DNA of 64,000 nucleotides from an uncultured Nitrososphaerota archaeon (GCA_963701075.1 OY969559.1:288001-352000), one strand, 5' to 3'; positions 48,250 to 59,501 are shown, counted from the first letter of the stretch. A program made the numbers and translations. The notes: generated by a model from the letters alone, not told the origin.

Positions 48250-49164
48250 ATGACTCGCGAATCCTTCGGTTCTGGTGGACGTTGCCCTCGTTGTGGAAAA
48301 GGTCCAATGGTTACAGACAGCACTACAGGTGAAATGTTTTGTGGTGGCTGTGGATTTGTTATGACAGAACGTGTCGAGGAATCTGGCCCAGAATGGAGAT
48401 CGTTTTCCAAAGAAGAACATGAAGATCGAAGCAGAACAGGAACCCCAACATCGCTTGCAATGCATGACATGGGACTAGCAACAATAATTGGTCCAGCCGA
48501 TAAAGATGCGTCAGGAAAACCGCTTTCTGCATCAATGAAGAGTACCATTGAACGACTCAGAACTTGGGACAGTCGAAGTCAAGTTCATGAACCAGTAGAT
48601 AGAAACTTTAGACAAGCTTTCAGTGAACTCGATAGACTAAAAGACAAACTTGCATTATCAGATGCAGTAATAGAAAAGACTGCATACATCTATCGAAAGG
48701 CACTTGATAAAGGCCTTGTCAGAGGAAGATCAATTCCTGGACTTGTAGCTGCTGCACTTTATGCAGCATGTAGAGATACCGAGACACCAAGAACTTTAAC
48801 TGACGTCGCAAGTGGAATCAACATTAAGAGAAAGGATGTTGCACGATGCTACAGACTTTTGCTCAGAGAACTGGATCTCAAGATGCCGGTGGTTGATCCA
48901 ATAAAATGTGTAGCAAGAATTGCAAGTAAAGCTGGATTAAGTGAAAAGACAAAAAGAAAGGCTCTGCAAATTCTAAAAGATGCGGCAGAGATTGAAATTT
49001 CTGCCGGTAAAGATCCAATGGGACTTGCGGCTGCAGCACTGTATCTCTCTTGTGTAATGAATGGAGAGAATAAAACGCAAAAAGATGTGGCACAAGCTGC
49101 TGGAGTAACCGAAGTAACAATCCGAAATAGATACAAGGGATTAAAAGAATCCCTAAAACTCTAA
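48250..49164 (+). CDS. tfb: Transcription initiation factor IIB
   Basis: Zinc ribbon CPRC...CGGC; GPEWRSF; GLVRGRS; TEVTIRNRYK. Confidence 0.97.
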   Translation: MTRESFGSGGRCPRCGKGPMVTDSTTGEMFCGGCGFVMTERVEESGPEWRSFSKEEHEDRSRTGTPTSLAMHDMGLATIIGPADKDASGKPLSASMKSTIERLRTWDSRSQVHEPVDRNFRQAFSELDRLKDKLALSDAVIEKTAYIYRKALDKGLVRGRSIPGLVAAALYAACRDTETPRTLTDVASGINIKRKDVARCYRLLLRELDLKMPVVDPIKCVARIASKAGLSEKTKRKALQILKDAAEIEISAGKDPMGLAAAALYLSCVMNGENKTQKDVAQAAGVTEVTIRNRYKGLKESLKL

Positions 49165-49330
49165 ATTTTTCAAAATTAATTCTAGTTTCTTGATTGCAAC
49201 TTGTTTGATCTTGAAAAATAATCTCATGATAATTAGTTGCACCATCAATTACAATTGAAAATTTATCGAGAAGGCAAACACCAAATCATCTAAGAATCTA
49301 CTGTTCACCATAAAATTATTGTAAAACAAT

Positions 49331-49418
49331 GGGGCGTGGCCATTACCGCAGACTTACAGAGATTACCTCTTACAATCCACAAAGTGGATTCATGCTAAGG
49401 TCTGCGAAGCCACGCTCT
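49331..49418 (+). ncRNA. Candidate multi-stem structured RNA (or tiny MITE)
   Basis: Nested stems GGGGCGTGGC/GCCACGCTCT and CGCAGACTT/AGGTCTGCG enclose hairpins AGAG-ATTAC-CTCT and AATCCAC-AAA-GTGGATT; G-U pairs favour the + strand. Confidence 0.6.
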
Positions 49419-49685
49419 CTAGGCAGTAGATTTTACATCCTTCTGCATTAATTTCTATAGAAGTTCAAAGTATTTATCATTTTATATATATTTTTTAATA
49501 TTTTTGATTACAATTATGAAAATTATTTGAAAAAGAAGTCAGAACAATACACAATTGCATAAACTACTTGTACAATATTTACAAGAATTTAGAAACAGCC
49601 CAACAACTCAAATTATGATTTAGTGGTATGATGAATCAAAAAAAGATTTAGCATTTATTAATGCACATAAGATTGAAGAGCTTCA

Positions 49686-50114
49686 ATGACAATAGGCGAA
49701 CATGATGAGTCTGGTAGAGTTTCGCTTTTTGCTAAACATGCATTCAAGTATTATGTAGTTGGAATAAGTGGAGTACTAGTAAATCTTGGAATTTTGTATG
49801 TTCTAAAAGAGTATATTGGGTTGTGGTATCTTGTTTCTTCTGCAATTGCAATCTACATATCCATGACAACAAACTTCTTTCTGAATAAAGCTTGGACCTT
49901 CAATGATACAATGGTGAAACAGTCAGCAGTTTTTATGTATGTCAAGTTCATTGGAATAAGCATTATTGGTATGTTAATTCAACTTGGATTCAACTATCTG
50001 TTTGTGGATAAAATACATTTGTACTATCTTCTGGCAGCGCTTATTTCAATAGTGATTGCATCAGGTGTGAATTTTGTTCTAAATAGACACATAACATTTG
50101 GAATAAAACTCTGA
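49686..50114 (+). CDS. GtrA family flippase-like protein
   Basis: KYYVVGISGVLVN; NFFLNKAWTF; NFVLNRHITF. Confidence 0.9.
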   Translation: MTIGEHDESGRVSLFAKHAFKYYVVGISGVLVNLGILYVLKEYIGLWYLVSSAIAIYISMTTNFFLNKAWTFNDTMVKQSAVFMYVKFIGISIIGMLIQLGFNYLFVDKIHLYYLLAALISIVIASGVNFVLNRHITFGIKL

Positions 50115-50126
50115 GATGTAAAACAG

Positions 50127-50867
50127 ATGAAATTTTCTGGAAAAGTTGTAATCATTACAGGAGGTAGCAGGGGCATAGGAAAAGCGGCAGCCAACCTTTT
50201 TGCAAAAGAGGGAGCAAATGTTGTGATCACAGCAAAAAACAATACAAGGCTTCAGTCAACAGCCAAAGAACTAGGAGTAATTGGTATTTTAGGAGATATT
50301 AGGAGAAAGGATGATGTTAATGGTGTTGTAAAAAAAACTCTGGACAAATTTGGCAAGATAGACATATTGGTAAACAATGCAGGAATATTTCCAGATGTAA
50401 AGCCGTTACATGAAACCTCTGAAGAAGAATGGAATGAGATAATTGATACAAACCTGACAGGACAATTTCGTTTTACAAAGGCAGTCATCCCACACATGAT
50501 GAAAAATGGAGGATGTATCATAAATATCTCATCAGATGCTGGGCTCAAATCATTTGAAAATTTTGAAGCTGATTCGTATTCAGCCACAAAGGCTGCCTTA
50601 ATACACCTAACAAAGGCCTGGGCAATAGAATATGCCAAGTACAAGATTCGAGTGAATTGTATCTGTCCTGGCATAGTTGAGACAGATATGACAGAACCCT
50701 ATCTTAGAACAGAAACAGATAGAGCCATGGCAATAGCTGAACACCCAATAGGAAGGATTGGCAATCCAGAAGACGTTGCAAGGGCTATACTATACTTTGC
50801 ATCTGAGGATTCATCATGGATTACAGGGGCAATTCTATCAGTAGATGGCGGAGTAGCAACAAAGTGA
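50127..50867 (+). CDS. Short-chain dehydrogenase/reductase (FabG-like)
   Basis: TGGSRGIG; NNAG; YSATK; VDGG. Confidence 0.93.
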   Translation: MKFSGKVVIITGGSRGIGKAAANLFAKEGANVVITAKNNTRLQSTAKELGVIGILGDIRRKDDVNGVVKKTLDKFGKIDILVNNAGIFPDVKPLHETSEEEWNEIIDTNLTGQFRFTKAVIPHMMKNGGCIINISSDAGLKSFENFEADSYSATKAALIHLTKAWAIEYAKYKIRVNCICPGIVETDMTEPYLRTETDRAMAIAEHPIGRIGNPEDVARAILYFASEDSSWITGAILSVDGGVATK

Positions 50868-50909
50868 ATCAGCCATATCAAATTAATAGAACTACCCCTT
50901 ACTTATGGC

Positions 50910-51134
50910 ATGGACGCCAAGAGGAAACAATCGCTTAAGATAATCATTACATTAGCTATAGTCTGGTTTGCTGCCGCTTTACCAGTACCATTTCTGTGGT
51001 CAAATCCCGATCCTCAACACCCAGAACAGTACAAAGTGTACCTAGAGATTGCAGCAATAGTTTCAGTTCCCTTCATAGCGATGGGGATTGTCTGGACCTT
51101 AAAACCTGAGCTTGCCACAAGAGGATCTAGATAA
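50910..51134 (+). CDS. Small 2-TM membrane protein
   Basis: Two hydrophobic helices. Confidence 0.7.
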   Translation: MDAKRKQSLKIIITLAIVWFAAALPVPFLWSNPDPQHPEQYKVYLEIAAIVSVPFIAMGIVWTLKPELATRGSR

Positions 51135-51870
51135 GAAATTCGACTGCGCCATTTCCTTCCGGCGTAATCTTTATCCAACGAGTTCTCCCTATCCTCTCAA
51201 TCTCAACAAACTTCCATTCATTTAAGAGTGGTTGTATTATGTTTTTATCGAGGCTTGCAAACCTGGCTTGCTGAAAGTTTTCCTCTTTTGCATTTATCAC
51301 AATTAGCTTTTTTTCTTCCGCAAGCCTTGCCATTTCCTTTTTTGTTATTTTACCACCATTTTGTTTTATTATTTTTAGTGCTTGAACCAATACTGGTTTT
51401 GGTGTATGAATTTCATATGCAGGTAGCTTTACCACCGTCTTTAATCCTGAAGAAAGTTGTTCTCCCTTCACACTAGCATAGCTTTCTGGCTCTGCATAGT
51501 ATGGAGTAAGCTTTGTCTTTCCTTGAAACATCATACATGCCATCATACATGCAATTGCCTGAATTTTTGAACCGGAAGAACAATTTACAAATATGTCATT
51601 GTCTTTTTCTTTCTCTACAATCTCTCTAACTGATTTGAGTATCTTGAAGAGATCAAATCTATCAGAATATTCTACGCGAACTTCGATCTTTTCTTTTCTT
51701 AATTGTGCCCTTATCTTTTCCATGTAACCTTGGGCCCTATCTTTTGTCGGCTCGCCATGCATCAAAAGCCAGACTCTGTCTGCCTTCATCTGCTTTGCAG
51801 TAATCGCAATTCTGTCAATCTCAAAGCCTACTGGAGCAATGTGCACTCGAAGATTTACAATGGTACTCAT
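51127..51870 (-). CDS. HFX_2341/DUF6293-type regulator (CARF-like Rossmann domain plus wHTH)
   Basis: RVHIAPVGFEIDRI; FVNCSSGSKI; C-terminal wHTH ending ITPEG. Confidence 0.85.
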   Translation of the reverse strand: MSTIVNLRVHIAPVGFEIDRIAITAKQMKADRVWLLMHGEPTKDRAQGYMEKIRAQLRKEKIEVRVEYSDRFDLFKILKSVREIVEKEKDNDIFVNCSSGSKIQAIACMMACMMFQGKTKLTPYYAEPESYASVKGEQLSSGLKTVVKLPAYEIHTPKPVLVQALKIIKQNGGKITKKEMARLAEEKKLIVINAKEENFQQARFASLDKNIIQPLLNEWKFVEIERIGRTRWIKITPEGNGAVEFLI

Positions 51871-52009
51871 GATATTATGTATAGTTTGCATACTAAGGTG
51901 ATGATATATAATAATTGTGAATTCATACCTAAATCATGCAACAAAAATACGAACTGGAACAATGCAAAGTTTCATTTTATCCAAAAGTAAAGTCTGTCTT
52001 TGAAGATTA

Positions 52010-52552
52010 CTAATTTTTCATCCAGTAAGTTTGTTCCAGATAATCTAATGACTTGATCATCTCATCAAGTTTTGCCACAACGGCATTAACTGCACGAAAT
52101 TCTTCATACATCATTTTTTCCTCTTCAGGCGACAAGATTTGTTTTTCTGCAGTATCAAAAAACTTGTCTTCCTTTGTCATGTGATCATTTAGATAAACTG
52201 CATAAGTTTTAAGAAATCTTGCAACTGGTTCCCTTTCACTTTCTCCCTCTTTCCATTTCTTCAAATATACCGAGATGTTACTTGCAATACGACGACTAAA
52301 CTCATGCTCGATCATAAATGCTTGTATCTCTTCTTTTAGGGATCCGTAGCTTCCAACGCAGGCAAAGTACGCATCCTCCTCTCTAGAATAATGAATGGCA
52401 TCAAGAAATTCAGACATGATTATGACTATTTTTTCCAGATCTGAAAATGGAATGTCTTGTCCAACATAGAGTTTTGTATAGCATTGAATAATTATCTTTT
52501 CAAGTCGGCGCATCTGTTTGTGGTCGTTTCTTAGTATTTCGGTGGCACTCAT
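52010..52552 (-). CDS. Hemerythrin-like (HHE) domain protein
   Basis: DH; HYSREE; EHE; HMTKED metal-ligand pattern. Confidence 0.88.
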   Translation of the reverse strand: MSATEILRNDHKQMRRLEKIIIQCYTKLYVGQDIPFSDLEKIVIIMSEFLDAIHYSREEDAYFACVGSYGSLKEEIQAFMIEHEFSRRIASNISVYLKKWKEGESEREPVARFLKTYAVYLNDHMTKEDKFFDTAEKQILSPEEEKMMYEEFRAVNAVVAKLDEMIKSLDYLEQTYWMKN

Positions 52553-52570
52553 AGTTTATCCATCCTAGTC

Positions 52571-53410
52571 TCAGGTATATACTGTAAACAAAATTACTCT
52601 CTTTGGGTCATATTGAATAATCGCAAAATGAGGAACCTCGGAATCTTTTACATAGTGACCTTCAGGCCCACCAATGCCCAATCTGATAAGATAGTTGTTA
52701 GAAGAGTTAATTTCGATTTCCTTACTCTCAAGAATGCGACCGGAAATCTTTTCCTTTATGGACTTCAAGGCTGGATAAATACTATGAATGTGGCTATCCT
52801 GCATTATTATCTCCTCTCTATGTTGATGGCCACACAAAATGATATGGTTTCTCACATGTTTTTTGGCCTCATCAAAAGCAGAAGAGGCCTTGTAATGATA
52901 CCCAGAATAAGTGAAGAACTCAAAATCTTCTTCTGTTAGCCTCTGCCAAGACCTTTGATATAGCCAGGCTTCTTCGTTTTGGATGGTTTTTGGCTTTATT
53001 TTTTCTGGATCAAGTGGACCTCCATGGACGCAAAAAAGACCATGTTTTTTATCGATAAATTCCTGGTTTCCAAATGTTCCATCACCATTTTCTTTGAAAA
53101 ACGAGATATCTTCTGAATTTAGCTTTGCATGTTCATCCATGCTCTCAATCGAGCTTCCACCTACCAATCTATTATACAAAAATGCTTCATCATGGTTTCC
53201 CATTACAGAAAAAAGCTGATAACTCGTTTCAATTGACTTTAATCTGGAAAGGACTTCTTTTGGATGGGTTCCCCTTTCAAGAACATCTCCCAGATTTATT
53301 ATTCTTGAAAAAGTACCATACTTTTTTGTAAACTCTAGACTTGACGCCATGCCAAATATAGCATCCAGAGCATAAATGTCTGCATGAATATCAGAAAATA
53401 CTAGATCCAA
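52571..53410 (-). CDS. Calcineurin-like metallophosphoesterase
   Basis: SDIH; LGD; GNHD; VHG; GHQH. Confidence 0.9.
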   Translation of the reverse strand: MDLVFSDIHADIYALDAIFGMASSLEFTKKYGTFSRIINLGDVLERGTHPKEVLSRLKSIETSYQLFSVMGNHDEAFLYNRLVGGSSIESMDEHAKLNSEDISFFKENGDGTFGNQEFIDKKHGLFCVHGGPLDPEKIKPKTIQNEEAWLYQRSWQRLTEEDFEFFTYSGYHYKASSAFDEAKKHVRNHIILCGHQHREEIIMQDSHIHSIYPALKSIKEKISGRILESKEIEINSSNNYLIRLGIGGPEGHYVKDSEVPHFAIIQYDPKRVILFTVYT

Positions 53411-53680
53411 TGACCTATCTGATATATCTCCTAATTTGTAATTTTTCGTTATCTGTTTGAATACAAATGTACCCCAACTATTACAGCCATATCACCAATT
53501 GATAACTAATTTGAGAAAAATTCATCAGAGAGATTCAATAGGCTTGCGATATTCTCGAATCTTAGAATAAGAAAGTAAAAGGTTGACTCAAGATAAATAA
53601 AAGATAGGGCAAGTAAATGCTACCAAGCATTTGGAGTCACTTACATCCTCAATCTACCCAATGAGGATGTCAGGACATTT

Positions 53681-54607
53681 TTACAATTCAGAGTCTATTT
53701 TCTGGATAGAATTCTTTGGAACCTGCAAATCTTTGAACGTGTCAGGATTGATTATCTTTGCCAAGATCTCAAGTCCTATTACAGTTCTTGGCCCTGGTTT
53801 GCTAAAGTATTCGTTTGCATTCACTGCATAAACTTGGCCTTGTTTTACTGCTTTCAATGATCTCCATTTTTCCTTGTCTGCAAGTTTTTCATACTCTTGC
53901 ATGGTTCGGTTTACATCAAAGCCACATGGCATAAGCACGATTATGTCTGGGTCAAACTTGACAATCTCATCTAGATCCATTCTTCTTGACTGATCTCCTG
54001 TTGCACTAATTCCATTTATTCCTCCTGCTAGTTCCACCATCTGTGGAACCCAGTGGCCCGCAGTAAACAGCGGGTCAAGCCATTCAATACAGATAACTCG
54101 GGGCTGTACAATTTTCTGTCGGTACTGTATAATTTTGATTCTAGTCCTCAAGTTATGAACAAAAGCTTGTGATTCATTGAGTTTTCCTACTTTTTTGCCA
54201 ACCTCAATTATATTATCAAGTATGTCACCGAGGCTTCTTGGGTCTAGAATTAGAACTTCTGGCTTTACTACAAGTATGGCTACTGCCTTGTTGATTTCTT
54301 TGGTAAAGGGTGAACAGACCTCACAAATACCTTGAGCCACAATAAGATTTGGATTTGCATTTTTTAGTACTTGTTCATCCAGTACATAGATGTCCTTGCC
54401 TGCTTTCATAAGATCTACTACTTTTCTGTCAATTTCTTGGCTTGTCATCTTTTCAGGATCAAAGACAGAATGAATCACTTTTGGCTTGGCCTTTACCTCT
54501 GAGGGATAATTGCACTCGTGTGTTACTGCAAGTACTTGGTCTCCCACCCCAAGTTCATACAATATCTCAGTTGCACTTGGGAGAAAGGAAACTATCCTGT
54601 TTTTCAT
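53681..54607 (-). CDS. Cobalamin/iron-siderophore binding protein family (BtuF-like)
   Basis: RIVSFLPSATEIL; VTHEC; EWLDP; GHWVP; YFSKPGPR. Confidence 0.85.
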   Translation of the reverse strand: MKNRIVSFLPSATEILYELGVGDQVLAVTHECNYPSEVKAKPKVIHSVFDPEKMTSQEIDRKVVDLMKAGKDIYVLDEQVLKNANPNLIVAQGICEVCSPFTKEINKAVAILVVKPEVLILDPRSLGDILDNIIEVGKKVGKLNESQAFVHNLRTRIKIIQYRQKIVQPRVICIEWLDPLFTAGHWVPQMVELAGGINGISATGDQSRRMDLDEIVKFDPDIIVLMPCGFDVNRTMQEYEKLADKEKWRSLKAVKQGQVYAVNANEYFSKPGPRTVIGLEILAKIINPDTFKDLQVPKNSIQKIDSEL

Positions 54608-54694
54608 TCATCTTATTTTGTAAACGTCTTCTTTAAACATACTTGGTATTGTCATACTAAAATTCCTCAAAACTTAAGAATAGCCCTTTGCTCG

Positions 54695-55579
54695 ATGAGT
54701 CTGTTGGCTAGCTTTACTGTTCTAGGAGGACCTTCGTCTGAGCAGCTTGCTAGAAAAATAGCATCAAGGCTAAAATCAAGATATATCCCCTCCGAGTTGC
54801 GAATTTTTCCAGACGGTGAAAGTAAGGTAACTCTGAAGGGAAGACCAAGCGGAAAGATAATCGTGGTCCAGTCCATCTATCCCCCCGTTGATTCAAATCT
54901 TATTCGTGCCCTGGCTCTTGTCTCGCAGGCAAGAAGATATTCATCTCAAGTCTATACAGTAATTCCCTACTTAGGATATGCAAGACAAGATAGGGAATTT
55001 CTCCCAGGCGAGATTGTCACAATATCACTTGTAGCAAAGATGTTCAAGTCAGTTGGAGCAACAAGAATAATCATAGTTGATATTCACAGCTTGGTAGCGC
55101 TCAATCTATTTCAAATTCCTACAAAGAATGTATCCGCAATAGAAGAGCTTGTAAAATATTTCAAGAGATTAAAGCTAAAAAATCCACTCGTGGTCTCTCC
55201 AGATATTGGTGGAATACAGAGAGCAAAAAACTTTGCACGTTTGCTTGGAACAGACTTTATCGCATTAGAGAAACAAAGAGACAGAAGGACAGGAGAGGTG
55301 GCAATAAAACAAGGAGATTATCATGATGTAAAAGGAAGAGACCTAATTCTAGTTGATGATATGATAAGCACTGGTGGCAGTATAGTAAAGGCTGCAGAGT
55401 ATTTGAAGAAGCAAAAGTGTGGGAAGATATACGCAACATGCACTCATGCTCTTTTGATGGGAGATGCAGAAAAGAAGATCAAACGAGCCGGAGTGACAAA
55501 GATTGTCAGTACCAATACCATACCTGGCAAGACAGGCATTGTTGATGTCTCTTCCGTAATTGTAAAGGCAATTAGTTGA
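54695..55579 (+). CDS. prs: Ribose-phosphate pyrophosphokinase
   Basis: FPDGE; PYLGYARQDR; VDDMISTGGS. Confidence 0.95.
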   Translation: MSLLASFTVLGGPSSEQLARKIASRLKSRYIPSELRIFPDGESKVTLKGRPSGKIIVVQSIYPPVDSNLIRALALVSQARRYSSQVYTVIPYLGYARQDREFLPGEIVTISLVAKMFKSVGATRIIIVDIHSLVALNLFQIPTKNVSAIEELVKYFKRLKLKNPLVVSPDIGGIQRAKNFARLLGTDFIALEKQRDRRTGEVAIKQGDYHDVKGRDLILVDDMISTGGSIVKAAEYLKKQKCGKIYATCTHALLMGDAEKKIKRAGVTKIVSTNTIPGKTGIVDVSSVIVKAIS

Positions 55580-56515
55580 ATGCCGCAAAGTCTTTTCATT
55601 CTATCTGGTGAACAACCAGAACTTGCAAAAGACGAACTAGTTTCCATATCGAAGAGCTACGATCCCAAAACAACGCTGACAGGAGAATCAAGGCTTGCAA
55701 TAATCAAGTCTGCTGTACCATGGGAAAAAATTGCCAAAAGAGCCACGTTTGTCAGAGCTGGTGGCACTATAGTAAGCACTTTGGACGACCTATTAGAGAC
55801 TAGATCGCATCTGTCAAAACCAAAAACATTTGCTTGCAGGGTCATCAACCTATCTTCGAAAAAAATCAACAAAATACAGATGGAAGGTGAGACAGGAGCG
55901 GTACTCAGGGAAAGGTGGAACTCCAAGGTATCGCTCTCAAACCCTTCGGTTACTGTATATCTCATTATTACTAATAACAAAAGGTACCTTGGCTATGCAG
56001 AAAGCATGGTAGAACAAGTGCGGCCCAGAAAGACAATCAAGTACCCAACTGAGCTTGACTGGAAGCTTGCACGATGTATGATTAACTTGTCGCAGCTAAA
56101 GGAAGGAAAAACTATCTGCGATCCTTTTTGTGGAACTGGAACAATATTACTGGAGGCTGAATCTATGGGGATTCATTCCATAGGAATTGATTTTGATGCA
56201 AAGATGTGCAATATTGCAGAAAAGAATCTTGCAGAGAACGGATATGATTCCAAGGTGGTAAACTCTACCTATCATGATATACAAAAAATCAAAGACAAAA
56301 TAGATGCCATAGTAACCGATCTTCCTTATGGAATTGCATCAAAATCATCCCTGTCACCCAAAAGAATACTCCAAGATTTTCTATCCATAGTACCAAAGAG
56401 AATGAAACTCGTTATCGTATACAAGAAAGGTCTTGATGTTGATGAGCTAGACAAAGCAAAAAAATACGAAATCTTTAGACACAGGAGTTTGACTAGAGTG
56501 ATTGCTGTAAAATGA
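55580..56515 (+). CDS. tRNA guanine-N2 methyltransferase (Trm11/TrmG10-like, THUMP plus MTase)
   Basis: [10 protein letters not shown]; TDLPYG; HRSLTR. Confidence 0.85.
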   Translation: MPQSLFILSGEQPELAKDELVSISKSYDPKTTLTGESRLAIIKSAVPWEKIAKRATFVRAGGTIVSTLDDLLETRSHLSKPKTFACRVINLSSKKINKIQMEGETGAVLRERWNSKVSLSNPSVTVYLIITNNKRYLGYAESMVEQVRPRKTIKYPTELDWKLARCMINLSQLKEGKTICDPFCGTGTILLEAESMGIHSIGIDFDAKMCNIAEKNLAENGYDSKVVNSTYHDIQKIKDKIDAIVTDLPYGIASKSSLSPKRILQDFLSIVPKRMKLVIVYKKGLDVDELDKAKKYEIFRHRSLTRVIAVK

Positions 56516-57411
56516 AATTGGTATTCTTGGGTACATCAGCTGCACAGCCAACAATAGAGCGTGGCATGACATGCATCTGCCTAATTCTAGACAAGGAGAT
56601 CCTGATGTTTGATGCAGGAGAAGGCGCCCAGATTGCATTCCAAAAGGCAAAACTTGGATGGAACAAAAAGATGAAGATCTTTGTTACACATTTACATGGG
56701 GACCATTGCGTTGGGATTCTTGGCCTACTGCAAACAATGTCACTACAAAACAGAACAGAATCACTTGACATCTTTGGCCCGCCAGGAATTGACGAATTTC
56801 TTGCAGCTAACCTGAAGATACTAAACTTTGGACTTACGTTTCCTGTCAGAATCACCAGAATAAAGGAAGGCCCTGTTTTTGATGATCCAGCATATACAGT
56901 TCATGTTTGTGAGGCAGAACACTCCATTCCAGCCTATTCATACCTCTTTGCAGAGAAGGATAGGCCAGGCAAGTTCTATCCTGAAAAGGCCAAACAATTA
57001 GGGGTTCCCGAGGGGGATCTTTGGCATGAGCTTCAAAGTGGCAAGGAGGTAAAGGCGGGTGAGAAGACGATTAGGCCGTCGGATGTAATGGGCGAGAAAA
57101 GATCTGGTAGAAAAATAGGCATATCAGGCGATACAAGACCTACAAAGAAGCTGGAGGAATTTTTCAAGGACTGCGACTATATCACATTTGATTCTACATA
57201 TTCTGATACATTACGTGACAAGGCAAAAGAGAACTATCATTCAACATCAGTCGAAGCTGCTGAGCTTGCAAAAAGAGCTGGAGTTTCAAATCTTATCCTG
57301 ACACATTTCTCTGCAAGATATGATGATGCCGAAGAGCTAGTAAAGGAGGCAAAGGTAGTTCATGATTCCGTGATTGCAGCAAAAGACCTCATGGAAATTG
57401 AGATCAAGTGA
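56512..57411 (+). CDS. rnz: Ribonuclease Z
   Basis: LGTSAAQP; THLHGDH; SGDTRP; LTHFSARY. Confidence 0.95.
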   Translation: MKLVFLGTSAAQPTIERGMTCICLILDKEILMFDAGEGAQIAFQKAKLGWNKKMKIFVTHLHGDHCVGILGLLQTMSLQNRTESLDIFGPPGIDEFLAANLKILNFGLTFPVRITRIKEGPVFDDPAYTVHVCEAEHSIPAYSYLFAEKDRPGKFYPEKAKQLGVPEGDLWHELQSGKEVKAGEKTIRPSDVMGEKRSGRKIGISGDTRPTKKLEEFFKDCDYITFDSTYSDTLRDKAKENYHSTSVEAAELAKRAGVSNLILTHFSARYDDAEELVKEAKVVHDSVIAAKDLMEIEIK

Positions 57412-57412
57412 C

Positions 57413-58126
57413 ATGTTGGAACAAATATCTGACAAGCTAAAGCAGGCAGAAAAGATAATCTTTGTTACCGGTGCAGGAATTTCTCAGGAATCTGGTATTC
57501 CAACCTTTAGGGGTAAAGATGGATTGTGGCGAAAATATGATCCCATGAAGCTTGCTACAATAGATGCCTTTTACGAAGACCCAAAGCTTGTCTGGGAATG
57601 GTATGAGGAAAGGAGAAAGAACATACTTGCTGCCAAGCCAAATCCGGGACATCTTGCAATAGTACAGCTTGAAAAGAAAAAACCAGTTCATGTATTGACA
57701 CAAAATATTGATGGCTTGCATCAGAGAGCTGGGAGTAAAAGTGTCTACGAGCTTCATGGAAGTATTATTACAATCAAATGTACAGTATGTGACTTTAAGG
57801 ATAAGATATCAACAAGTTTTTCTGAACTTCCTCCTCTATGCAAATGCGGAAATATTCTAAGGCCAGATGTGGTGTGGTTTGGGGAATCTCTACCGCAGGA
57901 TGTCTGGCAGGATGCCATTTCTCAGGCAATCTCATGTGATGCCATGATAGTAGTTGGAACGTCACTTGCAGTATCGCCTGCGAATTTATTGCCAATTTAT
58001 GCCAAGCAAAATGGCGCGATATTAATTGAGGTCAATCCAGAAGAGACTCCCATGTCTGGAACCATGGATATTTCGATCCGCTCATCAGCTGCAAAAGCAT
58101 TGCCTGAGCTTGTCGCTGTATTTTAG
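57413..58126 (+). CDS. cobB: Sir2-family NAD-dependent deacylase
   Basis: GAGISQESGIPTFRG; TQNIDGLH; RPDVVWFGE. Confidence 0.95.
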   Translation: MLEQISDKLKQAEKIIFVTGAGISQESGIPTFRGKDGLWRKYDPMKLATIDAFYEDPKLVWEWYEERRKNILAAKPNPGHLAIVQLEKKKPVHVLTQNIDGLHQRAGSKSVYELHGSIITIKCTVCDFKDKISTSFSELPPLCKCGNILRPDVVWFGESLPQDVWQDAISQAISCDAMIVVGTSLAVSPANLLPIYAKQNGAILIEVNPEETPMSGTMDISIRSSAAKALPELVAVF

Positions 58127-58551
58127 AGATAAGTTATAAAAAATTATTCAAAAAAAGGAGCTGTCTCTTCATTGAATTGTTATTATAGATCAAAGAATTA
58201 TTGAAAAACCTATACTTAGTTGTGATAATTATGACTAATTGTTAAATATCATGAAGACGTATAGTAATTAATGAGAAAATACGCAAATTCTATCGACTGA
58301 ATTTGCGTGGTCCTGTGAAAAACAGTACATAGTAGAGTGCACAAAGGTGCGCGAGTGGCAAGAGAATGCTTTTGCCTATACAGGATCACGCCCTTACATT
58401 TTCCAAATTATTCTGCAAACAATTCTAGTCTGTTTTATCAGGTTGCAATTTTTCGTAAATTGTGTTCTGTGCAATTGTTTCTACGCGATACAAGTTATGG
58501 GATTAAACCTATTTTGGTGCAAAATTGCAAGGGGAGTAAATTAGTAAAACT

Positions 58552-58965
58552 CTAGCCCACAGACTCGGGAGCAAGCCAGTCAACTAGTTTTTCCAGATCT
58601 TTGCAGTGTATGATTACCTTGATTGGTCCCATTGGAGACTCTTCGGCCTCATCACAAATAGCAATGACATCAACATATGCTGCCTGCTTGTTAAGATAAA
58701 ACCAAGTGGTATCGCCTTTTGTATTGTATCGCATCTGTCTTCGGTATACTCTGTTTACTCTACGCTTCTGTATTGTTTCCTGAATCTTTGACAGAGAATG
58801 CAGATCTCTAGAGATTGCCTTTATGCTTCCATCTTTGTATTCATAATCAGTATCCAACATTACATTAGATACGGCAGCCTTGATCTTCTCTGGATCTTCT
58901 GATGGATTGACTGCGGCGTATGTTTCTATCTTACATGCAATATTAGGAACTTTCACTTTATCCAA
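58552..58965 (-). CDS. UPF0201/DUF54 RNA-binding protein
   Basis: NPSEDPEKI; LNKQAAY; SPMGPI. Confidence 0.88.
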   Translation of the reverse strand: MDKVKVPNIACKIETYAAVNPSEDPEKIKAAVSNVMLDTDYEYKDGSIKAISRDLHSLSKIQETIQKRRVNRVYRRQMRYNTKGDTTWFYLNKQAAYVDVIAICDEAEESPMGPIKVIIHCKDLEKLVDWLAPESVG

Positions 58966-59501
58966 CCTTTGATGATATCGTATGCGGTATTCACAAGATG
59001 TTCTATTGTTAGATTGTTATTAGAGATTGTTTCATCGGCAAGGGCAATTGATTCACTCATGCCAACCCCAATTTCCCTAGAGTCCCTTTTTGTAAAATCT
59101 TCCTTATCAGATGGAGCGTCTGATCTACCTCGTCCTGTCAAGAACTTGAATCTGGTATCACCGGATGCATGTATTGCAAGAACTTTCACGGTACCAATTT
59201 TTTTTAATACCTCAACTTCTGCAAGTGATCTTACTCCATCAACTAGCACAACATCTGAACTTGAATTTAGTATCTGATCTTTGATCAACTCTGCTACTGC
59301 ACCGGGTCCGTTCTTTTCTCTAAGATCAAGCATAAGTTTGCCCAAGTTTGCACCGGTAGGTTCAATTTTTCTTCTTGTTGCCTCTGCTCTTACAGCATCT
59401 CCCATTGTTATCTTGTCAAATCCCTTTGAACTTAGGGCCTCAGCTATGGTAGTCTTGCCAGCACCTGGCATTCCCGTCAAACAGACAATAAGCTTTGCCA
59501 C
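58953..59501 (-). CDS. UPF0200 P-loop kinase (dephospho-CoA kinase-like)
   Basis: GMPGAGKT; MGDAVR; DGVRS; RDSREIGVG. Confidence 0.88.
   Translation of the reverse strand: MAKLIVCLTGMPGAGKTTIAEALSSKGFDKITMGDAVRAEATRRKIEPTGANLGKLMLDLREKNGPGAVAELIKDQILNSSSDVVLVDGVRSLAEVEVLKKIGTVKVLAIHASGDTRFKFLTGRGRSDAPSDKEDFTKRDSREIGVGMSESIALADETISNNNLTIEHLVNTAYDIIKGWIK

Noticed and set aside
58270-58550. Cys-containing short ORFs between cobB and DUF54
   Set aside because: Frames are broken and no family could be assigned; possibly a decayed small gene.
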